DNA of 24,000 bases, from assembly GCA_012516575.1 (NCBI GenBank), contig JAAYWS010000052.1, positions 1 to 24,000 on the forward strand. The letters run 5' to 3'. This document shows, piece by piece, positions 8,623 through 15,482 of this stretch. A model generated the notes under the pieces. That model made no database searches and was not told where the DNA came from. It saw only the letters and a list, made by a program, of their open reading frames with translations. Each line of letters starts with the position of its first letter. Within the stretch, counting starts at the first letter, position 1. The DNA comes from Actinomycetaceae bacterium. GTDB lineage: Bacteria > Actinomycetota > Actinomycetes > Actinomycetales > Actinomycetaceae. The position numbers and the translations under genes were made by a program.

Positions 8623-8638
8623 TGAATGAATTCATTCA
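8623..8638. promoter_or_regulatory. Second candidate operator: perfect 16-bp palindrome
   Basis: TGAATGAATTCATTCA, immediately upstream of a GATAAT -10-like hexamer (8645-8650) and 40 nt before the LysR start. Confidence 0.4.
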
Positions 8639-8677
8639 ACACCTGATAATGCGCGGTTTGTCCGAAAGGAGTTATTC

Positions 8678-9616
8678 GTGGCTCAAATAGACCGTGCCGA
8701 GTGGTTAGAATCTTTCGTCGCAGTAGCGCGCTACACGTCCTTTTCGGCTGCCGCTCACGCATTACACCGTAGCCAGTCACGAGTCTCTAGCCACGTCGCT
8801 TCTTTAGAAAAAGCAGTTGGCCACACCCTCATAGACCGCTCCACTATTCCGTGCCAATTAACAGAAAAAGGCTCAATCTTCTACCAACGAGCTACTGAAA
8901 TCCTTGATCTGATTAAAACCTCTGTCAGCGAACTCAGCTCTGAGCCTGGGTCACTCACTGGTACCGTCGTCGTCGGGACAATCCCATCAATCTCAGCGGA
9001 GTTTATCCCCGATGTAGCAATATCCCTACATCACAAAGAGCCTAACATTGGCTTCAGCATTATTGAACGCACCTCCCGCGAGCTATCCAGCCTGCTACTC
9101 AGCGGCGATATTGATTTAGCCATCTATTCACGCGCAATAGATGACACAAGTATGGCCAAGCCATTGCACACCCTCTGGTTTGAGCCCTACGTCGCAGTGT
9201 TCCCAGAAGATTCCCCTGATCTTCCTACTAAGCCGCGTGTCACCCCCGAAGATCTCCTTGGCCTTAACCTTGCAGTAACCGGCGCTCCTGGTCGAAAACG
9301 AGATCCGGAATGGGCTGCAGTCCTTGATGCCTGGCATGCCGATATTGCACCAGTAAAATTCCGTACCGAACAGCCACAAACACTCATCAATATGGCACGG
9401 TCTGGACTTCTAGTACCGGTTATCAACTATCTGGCCTACGAAAGCTGCCGCCACGAAAACCTACGTGCCTTTCCAATTGAACACGGAAATCTCCAGCGCG
9501 AAGTCGGGGTGTCGTGGAACCAATCTCGCCACATGCCATTAGAAGTCCAACGCATGATCGAAACCATTATCCACACCCCACCGCCTGCCGGATTATCAGC
9601 CGTCCAAGACGTGTAA
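8678..9616 (+). CDS. LysR-family transcriptional regulator
   Basis: GTG start with GAAAGGAG RBS. N-terminal HTH (FVAVARYTSFSAAAHALHRSQSRVSSHVASLE) followed by a typical LysR substrate-binding domain. Divergent from tctCBA. Confidence 0.9.
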   Translation: MAQIDRAEWLESFVAVARYTSFSAAAHALHRSQSRVSSHVASLEKAVGHTLIDRSTIPCQLTEKGSIFYQRATEILDLIKTSVSELSSEPGSLTGTVVVGTIPSISAEFIPDVAISLHHKEPNIGFSIIERTSRELSSLLLSGDIDLAIYSRAIDDTSMAKPLHTLWFEPYVAVFPEDSPDLPTKPRVTPEDLLGLNLAVTGAPGRKRDPEWAAVLDAWHADIAPVKFRTEQPQTLINMARSGLLVPVINYLAYESCRHENLRAFPIEHGNLQREVGVSWNQSRHMPLEVQRMIETIIHTPPPAGLSAVQDV

Positions 9617-9703
9617 TACCCCCCATTTACCCCATACCGCTATCCCGCATATTATAGTTGCAGATACGGAAGGCTCTACCCCATTACGAACGGTGGCAAC
9701 AGG

Positions 9704-11638
9704 ATGAAGAAACGGCTAGTTACATTAGTCAGTGCACTTGCTTTGGGTTTGAGCGCAGTTTTTACTGCGGTGTTGCCCGCGAGTGCAGCGAACCGTCCTT
9801 TTCCTAAATACGAGCTCACATATCAGTGGGTTCATGGCACCCCGGACCCAAACTACGATCCTGACAATCCGGTCGGCGACGGGTGCCTGCGAGACCCCAA
9901 TGCGGAAGTGACACACCTGACCACTTTTGCTTTTGGAGCAGTTATTGAACCATGCGATGCCGTGCGCACCACGATCCGGTTCTATAACGATCTGCAGCCC
10001 GGCGAAGAAGCCACTATTGATTTCCGATGGGGCGTGAGCTGGCAGTACACCGATATTTCTGATCCGAATGCCAGCAATTACATTTGGAAACCGGTGGAGA
10101 ATTTCCTTTTCGATGGTCAGCCTTATCCGGCATACGACGTTAACGATCAAGACGCCATGGTCGTTAAGGACGCTAACGGTAATTTCGTGCGAATGAGTAA
10201 CGGTAAGGGCTACTACGAACCTGTCCATTTCATTTTTGATGATCTGTTTGAAGACGGTGAAGAGCACACCTTCCAATTCGACGCTTACCTGCCAATTAAC
10301 GGCGATTGGGCTGGTATGAGTTGGGGTACTGGCTCAACCGGCGACACCCAAGGCGGATCCATCGGTGCCGTCGCTAACGGACTCGACGTACGGTTTAATG
10401 CCGGCGCCGATTTCCGCCATGTGGAAGACTCGGTGTATCGAGAGTTCCTGAGCATTACGGATCCCGATAATCCGCTACCTAACCGCACACTTGGTACTTG
10501 GGGGTCCGAGGTTGCAGGTACAACGTTCTCGATAGAACAGTGTTTAGAAGATCGCCAACTCGCGCCGCTTACCGATTCAATTACGGCTAACGAAATCTAT
10601 CCAGACCTGACGTATACCACACCGATTAAATTCCACACTGGAAGCGGTTCTTACCTCATGGCGCGTTGGCCCTACGAGTTCATGACCTCATATCTAGGCT
10701 CTGATTTTGATTCAATTAGCGGGTTGCGGCCTTTCTTCCGCAACGGCACAACTTTCGATTCCTACGAAACCGTCCGCCCAGGAGTTGCTAATTTTTCCTA
10801 TAAGCCCACGATAGATTCGATTATTGCTGATATACCGGGGTATACCTATGTAGACAATGATCTGCCCTACTACAGTAAGGGCGCATTCGATTTGAATTCG
10901 CCTGCTGGGAAATACAATTACATATCAGCGAAAAACATCGTTGTAACGTACAACAAATCCGGTGAACGCATCCAGCATTTCTACTACACTTATGAGCCGC
11001 TAAAAACTACTTTCGAGCTCACTAAAACTGACAGTGCCGGCGAGCTCCTCGAAGGAGCCACCTTCGAACTTTTCCGCCAAGCCGATATGCGCGAATATTT
11101 GGCCTATGAGGACGGCGGCTACCTGTGTAAGCGTACTGAAACCCCCGAACTTGAAGAAATCGAAGTATGTGACCAGGGCCAGTGTTCTTTGGTTGGCGTG
11201 AACCGAGTTGATGTCCCAGGAGCAGCCGCGGACGGCACGTTTAGCACTGACGGCACTGGAACTTTCATCCCCACGAATAACGACGGCACGCCCGCATCTA
11301 ATTGGCTTACACCGGGAACTTACTACTTGCGAGAGGTTACCGCACCCAGCGGCTACGTGTTGGATGAGAACCCGTTAGTCTTCCAAGTTGAACCCGAAGT
11401 AATCGACGACGTCATTCAAACTGTGGAGCTAACGGCAGTTAACGAGGAGGAGCCCCCACCAGTTGATTCTCCGCCCACCCCTCCTAACACCCCGCCAAGC
11501 GATCTTCCAGCAACGCCCGAGCCCACATCGCCAAGCGAGCCGATGCCGAAAACCGGTACGGATGCTGCACAGCTGGTTGCTATCGCGCTTGCGTTCATTG
11601 CCGGCGGAGCGTGGCTAGTACGGCGCAAATCCGCCTAA
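9704..11638 (+). CDS. Sortase-anchored cell-surface protein: signal peptide, roughly 430-aa unassigned N-terminal region, SpaA/Cna-B-like domain, Pro-rich stalk, MPKTG sorting signal
   Basis: Signal peptide ...VLPASA|ANRP. TFELTKTDSAGELLEGATFELFR and LTPGTYYLREVTAPSGYVLDENPLVFQV are typical of prealbumin-fold SpaA/Cna-B domains. PPPVDSPPTPPNTPPSDLPATPEP forms the stalk. MPKTG (11543-11557) is followed by a hydrophobic helix and RRKSA. Confidence 0.85.
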   Translation: MKKRLVTLVSALALGLSAVFTAVLPASAANRPFPKYELTYQWVHGTPDPNYDPDNPVGDGCLRDPNAEVTHLTTFAFGAVIEPCDAVRTTIRFYNDLQPGEEATIDFRWGVSWQYTDISDPNASNYIWKPVENFLFDGQPYPAYDVNDQDAMVVKDANGNFVRMSNGKGYYEPVHFIFDDLFEDGEEHTFQFDAYLPINGDWAGMSWGTGSTGDTQGGSIGAVANGLDVRFNAGADFRHVEDSVYREFLSITDPDNPLPNRTLGTWGSEVAGTTFSIEQCLEDRQLAPLTDSITANEIYPDLTYTTPIKFHTGSGSYLMARWPYEFMTSYLGSDFDSISGLRPFFRNGTTFDSYETVRPGVANFSYKPTIDSIIADIPGYTYVDNDLPYYSKGAFDLNSPAGKYNYISAKNIVVTYNKSGERIQHFYYTYEPLKTTFELTKTDSAGELLEGATFELFRQADMREYLAYEDGGYLCKRTETPELEEIEVCDQGQCSLVGVNRVDVPGAAADGTFSTDGTGTFIPTNNDGTPASNWLTPGTYYLREVTAPSGYVLDENPLVFQVEPEVIDDVIQTVELTAVNEEEPPPVDSPPTPPNTPPSDLPATPEPTSPSEPMPKTGTDAAQLVAIALAFIAGGAWLVRRKSA

Positions 11639-11656
11639 CGCCCACACGTATTAATT

Positions 11657-11688
11657 GAAAAGTGCCGGCCTTCGAGCTGGCACTTTTC
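11657..11688 (+). terminator. Intrinsic terminator of the surface-protein gene
   Basis: GAAAAGTGCCGGC / GCTGGCACTTTTC form a 13-bp stem (one G-U pair) with a 6-nt loop, followed by TTT. Confidence 0.75.
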
Positions 11689-11857
11689 TTTACCTAAACG
11701 CCCCAAACAGCCGAATGTGAGGCCTGCGAAAGCGGGCATAAGGTCCCAGCTCGCATGATAAAATTGGACATGTCCAGCATGCGAGAACGCGCCTTCCGCG
11801 TTCTTCATCCCATGTGGTTTATTCCTATCCGTTTTCTACTGCGCAAAGGTATTCTGC

Positions 11858-13765
11858 ATGTCCGTTTCATCCCACTTAAAGTCTCTTTTGCCGAGTCGTG
11901 AAGACTTAGCCGAAGTAAAAAGACATTGGAAAGGTGATATCCCTGCGGGTATCACTACCGGCGTTGTCGCCCTACCGCTTGCATTAGCATTCGGTGTCGC
12001 CTCGGGAGTGGGCGCGGCCGCCGGGCTCATTACGGCAATCGTTGCTGGAATCATCGCTGCCATTTTCGGCGGTTCCCGCTTCCAAATCTCCGGGCCTACC
12101 GGAGCCATGGTCATTATTCTGGCACCTCTCGTAGCGCAGTACGGGGTGGGTGTTATTCCACTCCTCTCAATCATTTCGGCCGTTTTACTCATGATCGGAG
12201 CAATGTTTGGAACCGGTCGAATTATTTCGCTTATCCCTTGGCCGGTAATCGAAGGCTTCACCCTTGGGATTGCAATGATTTTATTCTTCCAACAATTCCC
12301 GAATGCGCTGGGTGTTGGTCCGCAGTCGAGCCCCAATACTCTCGTCGCTGGCTTCCAAGCGATCGGGGCGGCGTCATTCCCCGATGCGCTTATCCCACTC
12401 GCAATCGCTGTTGGAACCGCGATCCTTATTTCGCTATTCGACCGTATTTCTCCACAGTTCCCCGGCTCACTGGTAGCGATTATTATTGTCACGATCGTCG
12501 TCGTTTCTTCCCCTATTAGCGTGCCGGACATCGGAGAAATTCCAGATTCGCTACCTGCCCCGCAAATTCCAGCAATGAGCCTAGGGCTCATTGAAGCGCT
12601 CTTGCCCGGCGCAATTTCGGTAGCTTTACTTGCTGGCATCGAATCTCTACTCTCCGCACGCGTGGCCGCAGGTATGGTTCCCGGTGGCACCTACGCTCCT
12701 GATCGGGAGCTCTTTGGACAGGGCGCAGCCAATCTAGCATCGGGTCTGTTCGGTGGCATGCCAGCAACTGGCGCGATTGTCCGCACCGCGGTCAACATCC
12801 GTGCCGGTGGACGCTCGCGCTTATCCCCAGTTATCCACGGTTTAGTCTTAGTTGTTATTGTGTACGCCGCATCCGGCGTCGTTAGTGTTATTCCATTGTC
12901 TGCGCTTGCCGGAGTTCTTTTCGTAACGTCCTACCGGATGATCCCACAAGATGCGATTAAGCAGATTTTCAACTCGACCCGGGTTGACACTTTGCTATTC
13001 CTCATCACCGTTGTTATCACGGTTGTTTTCGACCTGATTTGGGCGATTACCATCGGAATGTTCGTTGCGGTGATGGCGATTTTGCGCCACTTTGCTAACC
13101 AGTCGGGTGTCAAACACGAATTCCCTACCGAAGATTCCCGCATTCGCGTCCTGCGTATTGACGGGGCAATGTTCTTCGGTGTTGCTGATCGTATTCAAGA
13201 AGAAATCACCCATATGCAGTCGGTACGTGTGGTAATTCTACGGCTGTCGCGTGTTGGGATTATGGATGCGACCGGCGCGAAAGCGTTGACGGATATTGTC
13301 GCTACGTTACGCCGCACCGGGAATAAGGTACTCATCGCGGGATTACGCACCGTACACGAGGAAATCACCGAGTCACTTGGTGTAGTGGACGCTGTTGGTT
13401 CGCACGAACTTTTCTTTGACAATATGGACGACGCCGTTGCCGCGGCTTTTGAGATTATCCGTGAAGAAGACGAGGAAAAGGCGCGCCAAGAAGCCGAAGC
13501 ACAGCGCGCAGCCGAAGCTTTGCAAGCCGCAGAGAGCAAGCGCCGGATATTGAAGGGCAAGAGCCTGAAAAATGCGAATGATCCCGCAACTTCTCCCGGC
13601 GACGTCCTCGGGCAACGAATGGAATCCACGCGCGAGCGCTTGCGCTCGCTCGCTAGTGCCTCCCGAAAGCTGGCAAGTTCGAGTGTGAAGAAGATGCTTA
13701 AGCTTCCACGGTTGCCTAAAATCAACAATTCAAAGCCAGATGAGGACAAAAAACTTGAGAGTTAA
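11858..13765 (+). CDS. SulP-family anion transporter with C-terminal STAS domain and an extra charged tail of about 110 aa
   Basis: N-terminal SulP motifs (GDIPAGITTGVVALPLALAFGVASG, FGGSRFQISGPTGAM). STAS-like segment (VLRIDGAMFFGVADRI...VVILRLSRVGIMDATG). The tail is rich in E/K/R/A/S. Confidence 0.9.
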   Translation: MSVSSHLKSLLPSREDLAEVKRHWKGDIPAGITTGVVALPLALAFGVASGVGAAAGLITAIVAGIIAAIFGGSRFQISGPTGAMVIILAPLVAQYGVGVIPLLSIISAVLLMIGAMFGTGRIISLIPWPVIEGFTLGIAMILFFQQFPNALGVGPQSSPNTLVAGFQAIGAASFPDALIPLAIAVGTAILISLFDRISPQFPGSLVAIIIVTIVVVSSPISVPDIGEIPDSLPAPQIPAMSLGLIEALLPGAISVALLAGIESLLSARVAAGMVPGGTYAPDRELFGQGAANLASGLFGGMPATGAIVRTAVNIRAGGRSRLSPVIHGLVLVVIVYAASGVVSVIPLSALAGVLFVTSYRMIPQDAIKQIFNSTRVDTLLFLITVVITVVFDLIWAITIGMFVAVMAILRHFANQSGVKHEFPTEDSRIRVLRIDGAMFFGVADRIQEEITHMQSVRVVILRLSRVGIMDATGAKALTDIVATLRRTGNKVLIAGLRTVHEEITESLGVVDAVGSHELFFDNMDDAVAAAFEIIREEDEEKARQEAEAQRAAEALQAAESKRRILKGKSLKNANDPATSPGDVLGQRMESTRERLRSLASASRKLASSSVKKMLKLPRLPKINNSKPDEDKKLES

Positions 13766-13921
13766 CAACCGAATATAGCGCTCTCACCTTAGCATTTACC
13801 CCTTCGCAGGTTAGCCGCGCATAACGCAAAATACATTGCAAAAATACTTGTAAAAACCGCGTTTCGAACGGTTCATTATGCTATTCTGAGGGGCCCTGCA
13901 CGAATTTAGAGGGAGCTAAAT

Positions 13922-14718
13922 ATGGCAGTTGTCTCACACAGCGTTTCAAGGATAAGGCTGGTATCATCACCGGCGGCGCTGCCGGTCTTGGCCTAGCAGC
14001 CGCGAAGCGTCTTATTCAGGAAGGGGCAGATTTGCTTCTTGTTGACCTGAATGCTGACGCCCTTGAAGCCGCAAAGGCTGAAGTACAAGCTGAAGGCGAT
14101 AGCCGAGTCGAAACTTTCGTTGCCAACGTTGCCAACGAAGATGAAGTCAAGGCTTATGTTGCCAAGGCAGTCGAGCTTTTCGGCAAGATCGATGGGTTCT
14201 TCAATAACGCTGGTATTGAAGGCAAACAAAACCTCACTGAAAGCTATGGTGCTGACGAATTCCACCGCGTAGTAGCCATCAATCTTAACGGTGTCTTCTA
14301 CGGAATGGCTGAAGTATTGCGCGTTATGGCTACCAAAGAAACTGGTGGTCATATCGTTAACACTGCTTCGGTCGGTGGCATCCTTGGCGTTGGTAACCAG
14401 TCTGGTTACTCCGCCTCCAAGCATGGCGTGGTTGGCCTAACTCGTAATTCGGCCCGTGAATACGGAACGAAGAATATTACGATTAATGCCATCGCACTAG
14501 GCGCAATTATGACTGCAATGGTTGAAGGCTCGTTGAAGCAGATGGATCCGGAGAACTGGGAAGAAGCTGGTCAAGCATTCGTTTCCTCCAATCCGACCTG
14601 TCGTTTCGGCAAGCCGGAAGAAGTTGCAGCCACAGTTGCTTTCCTACTTTCGGATGATGCCGGATTCATTAACGGTTCGATCCTTCCGATTGACGGCGGC
14701 CAACACGGCATGTACTAA
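13922..14718 (+). CDS. Classical SDR-family oxidoreductase; the start codon is out of frame with the body (frameshift or sequencing error near 13931-13933)
   Basis: The body frame encodes ...LTQRFKDKAGIITGGAAGLGLAAAKRL (Rossmann TGxxxGxG), NNAG and the YSASK catalytic motif. That frame has no ATG, GTG or TTG between the upstream stop (13822) and the Rossmann motif. An ATG at 13922 with a GGGAG RBS sits in the adjacent frame, 1 nt off. Confidence 0.7.
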
Positions 14719-14861
14719 AACCATTTTCTATCATTAACCACCACTTTTAATGGAGAGTGTCATTTGCCGTTGAGTTGTGAACCTTGAGGTGCTTAGCTCT
14801 CTTATTTGTAGGTGTTTAGGTGCGTGCGTCGGCGTTGATTACCTCGATACCAACGTCATCT

Positions 14862-14938
14862 GTGCATAAGTGCCAACTTTTACTACCCTCCAAGCCGTAT
14901 ATAGCGCTGGAGGGTAGTACAAGTTGGCACTTATGCAC
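14862..14938. repeat. Long inverted repeat / hairpin: 31-bp arms (30/31 match), 15-nt loop
   Basis: GTGCATAAGTGCCAACTTTTACTACCCTCCA - agccgtatatagcgc - TGGAGGGTAGTACAAGTTGGCACTTATGCAC, intergenic between the SDR gene and yccF. Confidence 0.85.
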
Positions 14939-15057
14939 GAAACCCTTCTTAGTCTTCAGAAAAACGAAGAACGAAAACAGTGAGCGCAGTCCGAACACCA
15001 GCTGGAGCGCTTTTGCCACCATTCCAGTCGGCGCTATTGACGGGGTATTCTACTTAC

Positions 15058-15465
15058 ATGGGAGTTTTGCTCAATATTATCTGGGTCTTATTCGGTGGAT
15101 TTTGGCTTGCCCTTGAGTATGCCTTCCTTGGCGTTCTCGGTCTTATTTTCATCGTGACAGCACCGGCGGGTTTTGCGGCATTTCGGATTGCTGGATATGT
15201 TATCTGGCCATTCGGACGTTCAGTTGTTCAAAAACCAGGTGCCGGAACTGGATCATTAATAATGAATGTCGTCTGGTTTTTCATCGCCGGGCTCTGGCTG
15301 GCCATCGGTCATCTGTTCACAGCCGCGGCCTTGGCAATCACAATTATCGGGATCCCCCTGGCAGTGGCCAATCTAAAGCTGATCCCCATTACTTGCTTCC
15401 CATTCGGAAAGATGATTGTTAACAACCGTGACGCATATCGTTACGTCGTTCTTTATCAGGCTTAA
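15058..15465 (+). CDS. yccF: YccF-family inner-membrane protein (DUF307)
   Basis: Duplicated motif LNIIWVLFGGFWLAL / MNVVWFFIAGLWLAIGH and IIGIPLAVANLKL resemble E. coli YccF. The start is uncertain (ATG 15058 chosen; the track ORF starts at 14980; there is no clear RBS). Confidence 0.75.
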   Translation: MGVLLNIIWVLFGGFWLALEYAFLGVLGLIFIVTAPAGFAAFRIAGYVIWPFGRSVVQKPGAGTGSLIMNVVWFFIAGLWLAIGHLFTAAALAITIIGIPLAVANLKLIPITCFPFGKMIVNNRDAYRYVVLYQA

Positions 15466-15482
15466 TCGGCAGGATACTGCTA

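Noticed and set aside
9617-9703. C6 tract (9619-9624) and repeated ACCCCATT motifs upstream of the surface-protein gene as a phase-variation switch
   Set aside because: The homopolymer is short for slipped-strand switching and lies just after the LysR stop, not between clear -35 and -10 elements. The motif repeats are only 8-11 nt.
11836-12690. 284-aa ORF antisense to the SulP gene
   Set aside because: It fully overlaps a well-supported SulP coding frame. Its composition (Ile/Ala/Pro/Gly/Ser-rich, no motifs, no RBS) is what the reverse strand of a membrane-protein gene gives. The same reasoning applies to 7877-8557 (antisense tctC), 9725-10276 (antisense surface protein), 13195-13749 (antisense SulP tail), 15553-16164 (antisense cydC), 1511-1924 (antisense lyase), 3143-3604 and 5561-5911.
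14787-14823. AGGTG(C/T)TTAG short direct repeats upstream of the long hairpin
   Set aside because: Two 10-mers plus a 6-nt fragment with irregular spacing (23 and 8 nt). This is too short and too few to separate from chance.
14862-14938. Integron attC site or IS200/IS605-type end as the identity of the long hairpin
   Set aside because: GCCAAC / GTTGGC lie inside the arms, not at the ends, and do not fit the RYYYAAC / GTTRRRY cores. There is no integrase, TnpA or cassette ORF nearby, so neither label can be supported.
14816-15116. Two mirror ORFs (14816-15022 minus, 14820-15116 plus) with near-identical peptides (VHKCQL.LPS...EGS.SWHLCT)
   Set aside because: The similarity is an artefact of translating both strands of the 31-bp inverted repeat. 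Neither ORF has a start context or any recognisable family.
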